Below the pieces are notes generated by a model. That model saw nothing but the letters and a program-made list of their open reading frames with translations, had not been told where the DNA came from and searched no databases. Made by a program: the position numbers and the translations under genes. From assembly GCA_030704615.1 (NCBI GenBank), contig CM060732.1, positions 30,876,001-30,940,000 on the forward strand: a stretch of DNA of 64,000 bases, written 5' to 3'. Within the stretch, counting starts at the first letter, position 1. Each line of letters opens with the position of its first letter. Source of the DNA: Takakia lepidozioides (taxonomy: Eukaryota > Plantae > Bryophyta). Below are positions 13,320 through 24,610 of this stretch, piece after piece.

Positions 13320-14128
13320 TAACTGCTGTGTAAGAGCATGCCCAACAGAGGCTCACTAAACTGCCGCGCTATCATTATGCTCGTGAGGCATATGGTGAGG
13401 CAGGCAAGTTAGATAGCGCATCGGCTGGCAAGAGCCCCAACAGCAATGCACCATAACCGAAGGGGAGTAATGGCGCAGGCTGAGGTGACCATGGGCCCCG
13501 CCACTCGTCATTACGTGTGAGGCTGAGCGGTAGGTAGCGGGGGGGGCTCCTGCAAGCCCAGTGCTCATGCCTCCAAACATATCTAGCAAACAAATCACTG
13601 AGGCAGGTGGTTGCCTGGTAATGGGCACCATGTCCAAAAGAGCTAACTGAGGAGGTCCAGGTCATGTCACTGAATTCCCCTCGCCCACCAATGGAAAGGC
13701 CTCCTGCCATGCTTGTTGCACACACTCACCTGCTACTCGATGCAAATTCCCAACTGTACCCCATAGTGGAATATGAACAGGCACATGAAGAAGCAAATCA
13801 GCCTTGTATGCCAATTGTCTGTCCTTATCATGAGGTGGCCTATCATCTGCATGGCTATTGCCCTCCAAGAGCTCACCACCCCTGAGAATGCACCCAATGT
13901 AGGCATCATGTTCCTATGATCCATCGTTACATTCCCAAGAAACCGCACTAGGAATAGTGTACGTCGACCATCCCCTGACTGTCATTCCGGGCTGTAGGAA
14001 GTCGTTTCCTCCCAAAAGTCCAAAGTAAAGCCCATTGGGTATAACACACCCCCACCAACAAGCACATCATAAGACATCGCGTCCGTGACAATGGCTTTAG
14101 CTCTCATGACTGAACCATCTGTAGGATC
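13320..14128 (-). pseudogene. Second DNMT-Gypsy fragment: protease C-terminal half followed by DNMT motif I
   Basis: Minus strand reads DPTDGSVMRAKAIVTDAMSYDVLVGGGVLYPMGFTLDFW (retropepsin C-half), then VICLLDMFGGMSTGLA (~13598-13551), resembling SAM-binding motif I. Confidence 0.65.
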
Positions 14129-14365
14129 TTGGTGGACAATAAGGATGGCGTATTTCAGTTGGGTGGCCCAGCCGGGAAGAGGTATAGACCACTACGGGTC
14201 TTGTTGGACTCGGGAGCACAACCATTGATGTTGGGGAGAACAACAATTGTAGGCTTGGGCCTTACAGAGGCGGATTTGGAGCCTTGCCCTTTCCAAATTC
14301 AAACACCTTTAGGCAGTTCAGAAAAGGCACGAGGGATTACAAGCCATGAACTTTTCATGAGGTTT
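14129..14365 (+). pseudogene. Retroviral-type aspartic protease N-terminal half, inverted relative to its C-half
   Basis: RVLLDSGAQPLMLG...PFQIQT on the plus strand abuts the minus-strand C-half at 14128. Confidence 0.7.
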
Positions 14366-17300
14366 AGCCTTACCAAGCTAGGGTTTGTGCTCCTTGGGGC
14401 TCTATGCTTAATCTCCTCAAGCATCCATGAATTCTATGGGGTACCAAGGCAAATTCCCTTGATCTTCTTCACCTTAAGCTACTCAAGTTTGTCTCCAACT
14501 CAACTAGCAATGCATTGGCCACACAACAAGCTCAATTTCTCATTGGAACTCAAAATCAAGCTTGTACCTCCTTTGGCAAGCCACCAAGCCTTGTCTCCTC
14601 TCAAGCCTTGGTCATTCAAGCTCCCTTCACTTGCTAGCTCAAGAGCCACTCCTCTCAAGCTTGCTCAAGCCAAAAGCATGCTCCACACATCACTTCATAC
14701 ACAAGGGAATCAACTTGCTCCTTCACCTTCTAGCTCTCCTCGAGCTTGAAGTTGGAAGCCACACTTGGGAAGCATGCTCCACATAAGCATCACTTGCTTG
14801 GTAAAACCACTTGCTTCACCAAGAGCAATCCACCACAAAGCTCACACTACTATGAGCATGCATAGCCGGGCATAGCCTCCCCCTCTTGTCACATTACATA
14901 GTTAAGGTGAAGCTATGAATACCTTGAATGATGATCTCTCTTCAAGGACTTCCCCACAAGTTGTTTTCCAAGCCTTTCCAATGCACTAAGCTTGGCTCCA
15001 CACCACCATGATTGGAAGATTTCTTCACATGCTCCCCTTCAAACCTCTTAAGTTTCATACTGCTCTCCAAGTGCTTGCCCTTGTTGTCTTCAAGCCCAAG
15101 CCTATGTAGCTCCTTGGCTTCTCTTCCACAACATCCACAATTGAGCTTTGCTTAACCCTAAATTGATAGTGAAATGAGCACTAACAATCCCTTAGTTGCT
15201 CTTCTCAAGCCATGGCACACACCATTGATTCCATAATGCATAGAAATGATTCTCAATCCATGCTTCCATACACACAAGACTTCCCTTTTGCAATCCTTGC
15301 AAATATTGTGGCAAACAAGCTCTTTCTTGAGCTCCCCAACACCTTGGTGTAACACCACGAGTACCTTTACAAGAGCTAAATCCTCCTTGCTCTCAATTTA
15401 TTGATAGGGGCAACTTCACCAAACATCTTTCCTTACAAGTCTTGTGATCTACAAGAGCTCCATCTTTGAGCTCTCTACCTCCTTAGGGCAAAGCAATATC
15501 TCTCAAAGCCCTAACACCACAAGGATTTTCCTTTGCAATATAAGCAACACCTTGCAACATAAGAGCTATTTTCCCAAGCTCTTCAACATACAAGTGCTAA
15601 ACTAACCCTTACACTCTGCACTCGTATAAGGTTATCTTCTTGTAGTGATAATGAAAGTGAACACAATGGAAACACTCCACTCTTGAATCCACTCAATCAC
15701 ATAAACTAAGTCAAGCCAAGGGCACCCTTGCTAAGGGAATCCACCCTACAAAGCCTTTGACACACGGCCTCTCAATACCTAGAGCTTTGGAGGTGTGAGA
15801 GGCTCATGGAGGCTCAACTACAAGAAGATGAGCCCTCCTCAACACTCACAAGGGGAAAGCCCATCCCCATGTCCCAAGTGAGGTTTGACACCTCACTTGG
15901 CATGTGAGACCAAATGAAGTCCCAACACACAAAATACAAATATAAATATCCAAAATGGCCTAGTTAACTAGAAGTAGGTAATTCTAGTTAACCATGACTA
16001 AAACCATGACATCACTGTCCCTGCTAGGATTCTCTCGCTCTACCTCTCTCTCTTAGGTTTTCATCCTCAACATTCTTTAATCTCTTCATTGTTCTTGCTC
16101 ATTCGACTTTGCTACTTCGTTGGCAGCCCTATCTGTACCCACCCTCGGTGGCAGTATGGTTTCTTAGACACCTTATGGCATAGCCTGTATGGTTTGTTTC
16201 TTCCAAGGCATTGGAGTCATAGTAACAGGTTGCAACCACGTTGCAATGGCAGTGGCCTTGTTGATGCCAGCACTGATGGAGATCCTCCATTGTTTTACAG
16301 TTCGTGAACTCCCCGACATGGTCCCCATGTTTGTGCCTTATGGCAGCCTTTGAGCACCCAAGGGTTTTAATTTTTTCCCTTCCAATAATTATAATAAAGC
16401 TCCAAGGGCTATCTCCCCTTTCCTGTAAAAAATAAAAAATAATGCCTACGTTGCTCCCTCCCCCGCGCTGATGCACATCGCACAGGTGGGAGGTGCGAGA
16501 CCACCGAACCAGGAAAACCAAACAAAAGAAAAAGAAAAAGAAAAACACTGCTACCTCGCCCTGCGCTGCTATGCTGCTTCCTCCCCCGCGCTGCTACGCT
16601 GCTCCCTCCCCCGCGCTGAAGTCGCGCTACTGCAGCAGATCGCGCAGATTGGAGGTGAGAGACAACCGGAACCGCCGGTTCAACACTGGTACCAGCACAA
16701 CACTGGTTATTTCTTCAAATCCTTGTGTAGCTTACTGTATATCCCCCGTTTTTTATTCTTGGACCATCCTCTAATGGACAGGGCCCACGCAAACTTTGGA
16801 GGCATTATTCCCATATGCTTACTTTACAAAACTTGCATGCGAGGAAACGAGAATCCCAACCCTTCGCGCAACAATTGTGCATCGCACCAGGGTTCGCTAC
16901 AAATCCTTATGATGACTGAGCCCTCACAGCCAAAGGATGAGCAATAAGTATATCTTCCTCTCATTATTCACCTAAGTTAACCCTTAGTTGGGCGTAATTT
17001 TATTGGCTCTGTCCCGCAAGGGATAGAGGCATTGTGGAGACATCTTGCCTAGGGGGAGAACTAGGCTTATCCATGAAGCCTAGACTATGGAGGGTTGATG
17101 GGCATGATTCATGAAGCCCAGGAAAAAGTATAAAACAACAACCCCAAAATTACCGAAGGACAGAGCCTCTTGTGGCATAGCCGCTTGTTGAACCAGCAAG
17201 ACGGACCAAATGTCGTTTTTGGGATGTCAGACGGTTACTGGAAGCAAGAGAAAAAGACCTCACTTTTCTTGAAGGGGATTTCAGGAGAGTTTTTTGGCTT

Positions 17301-17841
17301 GTTTGAGAGTGGCAGCTCACGTAGTTACTGAGAACACTGGGAGTCACACCGGTGATAGGGACCTGCTTCGGTGGACACTAGCAGTATCACTGATTGTTGC
17401 ATGAAACTATGCACAGTTGTTTCATACACGCTCCCAAATATGGTCTCCAACTGTAGCAATTGTGTTCTGAAGTGGGTGGCCTCTGTCCCCCAACCTTGAC
17501 CTCCAACATGCAGAAACCGATGTTATAGTGTGAGGTAGTCAAGCCGCATCCATCAATAACAACATACCCAAATACCCTTACAATCACTATATGAACTTTC
17601 AAGCAGCCACCATGGGATTAGATCTTGGTGGGTTAAGGCTAGCTTTTGACAAATATTCATGCAAGTTGGTCAAGGGCTGCATCCAAAGCCGCACCACAAG
17701 AAACAAACAAACATGTCCAAATGTAAGATGCTGAACAAACTTGTGCACAGGGCTGCCCCTCTCATCAAGCTCATTAAAATTCGTATTCACTTCCATCTTC
17801 AAGCTTTGGAGAAGCTCCACCACCCAAACCCAGAATTAGGA

Positions 17842-18415
17842 CAGCACTCTGATTTCCACCCACTGTCACCAGAATCAGTCAAATTTCACCCCTTCATCAG
17901 CCAAGTGTAATATTGGGCTGACTTCCCACCTATGCCACGTAGACCCCACTATCATTTCCAGAGGATATGCCACAGGAAATGCACTCAACAGTACATCATC
18001 GTCAATACTCTCAGGAAATGGTTGATGATCTGAGTAGCTACACAGATCAATGAATGAAGCAAGAAACTCGCAACTTTCCAAGAAAACATCCTTTCACCAG
18101 TAATCCCCACAACAACAAATCCCAGATTCAAAGCAGCACTCTGATTTCCACCCACTGTCACCAGAATCCGTCAAATATCACCCCTTCATCAGCCAAGTGC
18201 AATTATGGGCTGACTTCCCACCTATGCCGGGTAGACCCCACTATAATTTCGCATGGATATGCCACAGGAATGCACTCAACAGTACATTATGGTCAATACT
18301 CTCAGGAAATGGTGGATGATCTGAGTAGCTACACAGATCAATGAATGAAGCAAGAAACTCGCATCTTTCCAAAAACACATCCTTTCACCAGTAATCCCCA
18401 CAAGAACAAATCCCA
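17842..18415. repeat. ~292-bp tandem duplication covering the DYW C-terminus and 3' flank of locus A
   Basis: CAGCACTCTGATTTCCACCC at 17842 and 18134. A second copy of the GICxCGDYW* codons lies at ~18094-18124. Confidence 0.9.
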
Positions 18416-21400
18416 TCTTCAAAGTGGTGAAAGCGGTTAGCGTCCCGTACAACAATTGCTCGGCCAACAATCTTTGAGATGAATTTGGTGGAGGTGTGGC
18501 AGTCACCACACACTCGAAGATTCTTAATGAGACGGAGAGGCGTCCTAGGGGGCGTGCTGATCAGCCCAAAACCAATGGCCAGCTTCTCACTGTGGTGGCA
18601 AAGAGAAAATTCCTTTTCCTCCTCCCCCACATCATGCAATACAAAGCGCGTGTCAGGCACATGTCCCGCCTCCTTCATCTGCCCAGACAATCTTCTCAGC
18701 TCAGCATGGATTTCCTTCATTCTGGGATGCAACTTGTCATCTACAACAAAGGTGTGCACCCTGTTGCCAACCTCAATGCAGCAGCGACCTGGCTCCTTTC
18801 TAACCCCTCTGACCTTCATCATTCTTCTCACCTTTGCAGTATCATCCCACCTGCCAGCTGCAGCATAGATGTTTGAAAGCAACACATAAGTCGCGGCATC
18901 ATGTTCATCCCACTTGAGGATAGATGTTGCTGCACGTTCAGCCATCTCCACATTGCCATGGATTCTGCAGGCACCAAGCAAGGCCTTCCACACCACAACA
19001 TCTGGATTAATTGGCATCTTATTAATCAGATCCACTGCCTCATCCAGTTGTCCCGCACGTCCAAGAAGGTCCACCATACAGCCAAAGTGCTTTACTGTCG
19101 GAGTGACACCATGATCTTGACTCAGGGAATCAAAGTAGCGTCTTCCTTCATTCAGTAGGCCAGTGTGGCTGCATGCAGAGAGAACACATATAAAGGTGAC
19201 ACTGTCCGGCTTCAAGCCGTTCTTTTGCATTCCTTCAAATAGTTGCAGGACCTCTCTATGACAACCATGCTGGGCATATCCTGCGATCATCGTATTCCAC
19301 GACACCACATTTCGTTCAGCCATATTGTCGAATACTCCCTTCGCATCCTCAATGCACCCACATTTGGCATACATGTCCACCAGGGCAGTGTTCAGAATGA
19401 CATCGGGTACAATGCCAGCTTTGACGATGTCACCATGGACCTCTTTGCCCTTTTCCAGGGCTGCCAGGCTTGCACACGCATTGCAAACGGAAACAAACGT
19501 GACATGGTCGGGCTTCACCCCTTCCCCCATCATTTGCTCATAGGTCTCCAAAGCCTCCATCCCGCGCCCTTGCTGTGCATATCCTGCAATCATTGCACTC
19601 CACGACACCAAATCTCGTTCAGCCATACTATCAAACACTCCCTCCGCATCCTCCATGCACCCACATTTTGCATACATGTCCACAAGGGTATTGTTTAGAA
19701 TCACATCTGGTACAATTCCAGCTTTGGCGATGCAACCATGCAGCTCTTTGCCCTTTTCCAGGGCTGCCAGGCTTGCACACGCACTGCAGACGCACACAAA
19801 CGTGACGTGGTTGGGTTTCACCCCTTCCCCCATCATTTGCTCATAGGTCTCCAGAGCCTGCATCCCGCGCCCCTGCTGTGCATACCCTGCAAGCATCGCG
19901 TTCCACGACACCACATTGCGTTCAGGCATATTGTTGAACACTGCCTTCGCATCCTCAATGCTCCCACATTTGGCATACATGTCCACGAGGGCATTGTTCA
20001 GAATGACATCGGGTACAATTCCAGCTCTGACAATGTCGCCATGGACGTCTTTCCCCTTTTCCAGAGCTGTCAGGCTTGCACACGCATTGCAAACGCACAC
20101 AAACGTGATGAGGTCGGGCTTCACCCCTTCCCCCATCATTTGCTCATAGGTCTCCAAAGCCTCCACCCCACGTCCCTGCTGTGCATACCCTGCAATCATC
20201 GCGCTCCACGACACCACATCTCGTTCAGCCATATTGTTGAAAACTGCCTTTGCATCCTTCATACACCCACATTTGGCATACATGTCCACGAGGGCATTGT
20301 TCAGAACGATAGCGGGTACAATTCCAGCTCTGACAATGTCGCCATGGACCTCTTTGCCCTTTTTCAGAGCTGCCAGGCTTGCACATGCATTGCAAACACA
20401 CACAAACGTGATGTGGTTGGGCTTCACCCCTTCCCCCATCATTTGCTCATAGGTCTCCAAAGCCTCCACCCCACGTCCCTGCTGTGCATACCCTGCAATC
20501 ATCGCGCTCCACGACACCACATTTCGTTCAGCCATATTGTTGAAAACTGCCTTTGCATCCTTAATGCACCCACATTTGGCATACATGTCCACCAGGGCAG
20601 TGTTCAGAATGACATCTGGTACAATTCCAGCTTTGACGATGTCACCATGGACCTCTTTCCCCTTTTCTAGGGCTCCCAGGCTTGCACACGCATTGCAAAC
20701 ACAAACAAACGTGATGTGGTTGGGCTTCACCCCTTCGCGCATCATTTGCTCATAGGTCTCCAAAGCATTCATACCACACCCATGCTTGGTAAATCCTGCC
20801 AACATTATATTCCACGTGATCAAAGATCGTTGAGGCATTCTGCTGAACACTTGGTGAGCATCCATGATGCTCCCGCACTTAACATACATGTTGACAAGGG
20901 TGTTTAGTACAGAAACATTTGGCGTGAATCCACTTTGGATGATGTGAGTGTGCACCTGCTTTCCAGCTTCCAGGCCTTTCATCTTGATGCACTTATGCAA
21001 GAGACAGACATACGTATCTGAATCTGCTGAAATGCCTCCTTGGTTTAAAGTCTGTAGAGCCTCTTTCAGTCTGCCTGCTTTACAAAGCATCTTCACATGC
21101 CCAGAAGGGCTAGAAGAGGCATTGTGGACTCCCTCTCTTGATCCTCTTCCAGAAGCTGTGGTTATGGTTGAGGTGCCTGATTTTATCAACTGTGCCGCTG
21201 CAGCTGCTGCCTTTAGTTGACAATCTACCCATGCAGGTTTCTTGTAGCTATGGATCCACAGGGAATCATAGGTAATCTTGTGCTTGAAATCTGGCCCCCT
21301 TGGATGAACCTGGACCCACACTCTATCCCTGCTCCTTCAGCTATCCATGCCTCTGAAATCATGCATACATCCTTGCCTTGCTGCTAGCAGCTGACAATGA

Positions 21401-22698
21401 CAGCCTAGAATTGATCCAGCAAACACCCGAACCCTACTTATCACACTAGATCCTATGCTGACTTGCGTCTGCTTCCAACAGGCATTCACCTTTTTGCCTC
21501 GATTGTTCCACCATTGATTGGGATCGGAAACGAATTCATTCCAGAGCTTCTCCTCGTCTCTGTTATCTGTTTTCCGACACTTTCCTGTTGCCACATTGGC
21601 AGTAACATGTCAAAATCACTCCAAAACCACCATAGATCCACCAACGAGCTAACTTGCAAAATTCAACATGAAAAGTATGGGACGACTCTGATAACAGGGA
21701 AAAAAAGGCTGAAAGGTGTTGAAGAAGGTGCCTTCATTAGCAAGGCCTTGTTCTATCAATTGTGCTGCTGCCGCTGCTGTTTCCAGTTGACCATCTACCC
21801 ACGCAGATTTCTTGTAGCTATTGATCCACAGGGAATCAGAAGTAATCTTGTGTTTGAAATCCAGCCCCCCTGGATGAATCTGGACCTCTATCCCTGGTCC
21901 TTCAGCTATCCCTGCCTGTGTACAAATCATGAATACATCCTCAGCCTTGCTGCTAGCAGCTGACACTGACGGCGTGAAGTTCTTCCAGTAAACACCCGAA
22001 CCCTACTTATTACAGTAGTTCCAATTCTGAATTGCATCTGCTTCTCTCTGTAGTCCAATGGCATTCACCTTTTTGTCTCCATTGTCCCACCATTGACTGG
22101 GGTCGGAAAAGTGTTCATTCCAAAGCTTCTCCTCATCTCTGTTATCTGTTTGTGGATACTTCCCTGCTGCCACATCGGCAGTAACTGGTCAAAGTCACTC
22201 CAAACCACCACAGATCCACCCAACGAAGTAACTTACACAATTCAATATGCATCTCAGGGCCGAGTCTGATGAGAGGGCAAAACAGGCTGAAATAGGTCGA
22301 AGAAGAAGGTGCCTTCACCACATTGTCCTTGACCTTCTGGCATGACCCATGGAGGATTTGACCGACCATCAACCCAAAAGGACCTCTTGTGTGTGCTGCT
22401 TGTGTCTGTAGTCAGGTAATGTCGAATTGGTCTGTGAGAACCACCACGATGCAGCTGAGCAGGCAGAGGTTGAAACACGGCCTGCTACGACCAAGCTGAC
22501 TCTCCCAAGAACCTTGTAAACATCAGGAAGAATACCAAATCATGGTACTAACAGGAGCCAAGAGCCCACATTTGCAGGATGGACAAGCTTCTTCACATCG
22601 TACATTAAGAAAATGCCACACCTTGCGATTGCGGTTGTCCCATCGTGAAGGATCTTTAAAAAACTCATGCCAGCTCTGCTCCGTGCTCCAAGCTAGAG
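18385..22698 (-). CDS. Locus A: PLS-class PPR-E1-E2-DYW protein with N-terminal OSB-type PDF motif modules
   Basis: Last exon 21309-18385 is uninterrupted: VHPRGPDFKHKITYDSLW.., ~20 PPR motifs (L,S,5xPLS,P2,L2,S2), E1/E2, PG box, HSEKLA, CGDCH, DYW. Upstream PDF exons: 21584-21490, 21879-~21735, 22163-22069, 22431-22319 (frameshifted) and ~22698-22622. The true start codon and transit peptide were not found. Confidence 0.88.
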
Positions 22699-24610
22699 GT
22701 TTGTGCTCGAAAATCCGACAGCATCAACATTCTGACAAGGTCCTTTACTGAGGGGTGCTAGGGAGCTTTCAACAACATTCATGCAAGTTGTTGTGGGCTC
22801 CATTGGGCTCTACACGACGAGGAACAACGAGCATGTCCAGACGTACACAGATGCTAACCCAGAGTCTTTTACCCTGGGTCTCGGCATTTAAGTTTTCTCA
22901 CGTCATGGACAATATGGGTGCAAAGTCGGGACAAGTACAAACATGTTAACGCTAATATCCGCGATATTACCATACTAAACATTTCTTGTGGAGTATGGTC
23001 TCAAGCGATGGTGACCCAAGCCTACATGAGTCGTAAGGTCCAGACTCCATTGTGGAGCGCTCCGTCATACAACCTTTCCATTACGTATGCTTGGGTAAGA
23101 GTCTTCTCCATGTGTAATGTGTAGGTATCAGGTGCAGGGGCACGGAAAAGTCTCTAATAAAAAATGTGATGAGCACTACCTACACATTTGAAGCCTGCTT
23201 CATGTAGAAATTCCACCTCTGTTGAAATAAGGTAACTGTTTGCGCTTCAGCAAAATCTGCACACCTCCTCGCAGTATCAGGCCCTTGCAAATACCGGGGA
23301 AGAGCAGTTGAAATTGGGTGACATCCCAAAGGTATGAGCTTTCATGACACGGCATGGTACCATGAAAGCAAATGGGTTTTACTTGTGTGAGCTTCTACGA
23401 TTCTATGAGTGCAAACAGAGAGCAGACGGATTTTTGCTGTTCTTGCTACTTTGTGTTTGCGCACAAATGTCCTTTGTACGTATTTGCAATGTTTTGTAGG
23501 TGCAAGCGCAGAGAGAAAGGGAAGTAGTATATGCGATGGCGTCTAGTTATACCCGCTCTCCCCCCCCTTGCCGCTCAAGTTTATGCAGAGTGGCTTTCTT
23601 GAGTTTTTTAGGAGTATTAGTGTTCAAAAAGAAAGCGTAATGTTGTCACTCACTTACAGACGATAGTGCCCTTGTTGATACTTACTAGCACATGTTAGGC
23701 TATTCAAAAAGTAGCATGGATTGCCAAACATTATTGGTGTCAATGCCATCAATTTTAACCCTTCATTTTATTCATTGTTTGTCAATCGGTAGTGTTCATG
23801 CGAACATTATTACTATCCTTATTTCCTTCTGTCAGATTAGGTAGTTGATAAGTCTTGAAAACACACAACAGTGAGCTTTTGTATCAAGGGACCGCGTGTG
23901 TTGTTACATATGATGAGGTCCGCTCAATTCTATCTTGGTTGGGTAGTGCCATTCAAAAATAGTGGTATGGATCTACAGAGGTCAGCATCAATATGGAAAT
24001 TTTGCCTCTATGAGAACCTCACAGCAGCTATGGGTTGGACTGGAACAGACAACCAAAGGTCCAGACCATAGTGTGATCATGTTATCCAATTCCTCCAAGC
24101 CATTTGAAGTTAACCAATTCCTCCTTCAAGACCGCCCCAACCATTGAATATATCAGCCCCTGCAACAGCAATAATCCAGCTGGAGTGAGGAGTCAGAAAA
24201 AGTAAGCAACATAGTTTGAACACATAAGAAACATGCTGATGCATTACAAAATGCCAACCATACAATATAGATGTTGCAGTTGCAACTCTTATTGCAGCAT
24301 GGATATCATCAATAAAAAAAGAGGCACACTACCAAAACCTAAAAGAAGTTGCCATTATGAACAATCTCTATACAAAGATACGCAGGACGAGAAAATTGAG
24401 AAAGTAAGCTACTTTTATGCAGAGATGCGTGTGCCGAGTATCTTCTCAGCCTTTTAGGAATCCAGGGTTCAACCTTTTTTGGTTAAGAGCTTGTTGTCCT
24501 TAAGCCTTCCAAATTTTCGACACCCCTGCAATCTGATGACCATGCTGCTGTAACAAGGACTTTGCTGACATTCAGTTTTCTATAACTTCCATTCATGCAG
24601 GTCACTTGTT

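Larger units (their letters stand above)
12269..16011. repeat. Inverted pair of ~365-bp LTR-like segments (12269-12632 and 15648-16011)
   Basis: TGTCATGGTTTTAGTCATGG... at 12269 is the near-exact reverse complement of ...CTAAAACCATGACA ending 16011. The 12269 copy is flanked by a ~90-bp direct repeat (~12177-12267 and ~12632-12722). Confidence 0.85.

Noticed and set aside
18385-18800. DYW:KP (putative U-to-C) editing variant
   Set aside because: The domains have a PG box, HSE(K/R)LA and terminal DYW, i.e. the canonical C-to-U type.
18479-21220. Many plus-strand ORFs (e.g. 19738-20670), and similar minus-strand ORFs at 51246-53864
   Set aside because: Antisense shadows of the repetitive PPR coding sequence.
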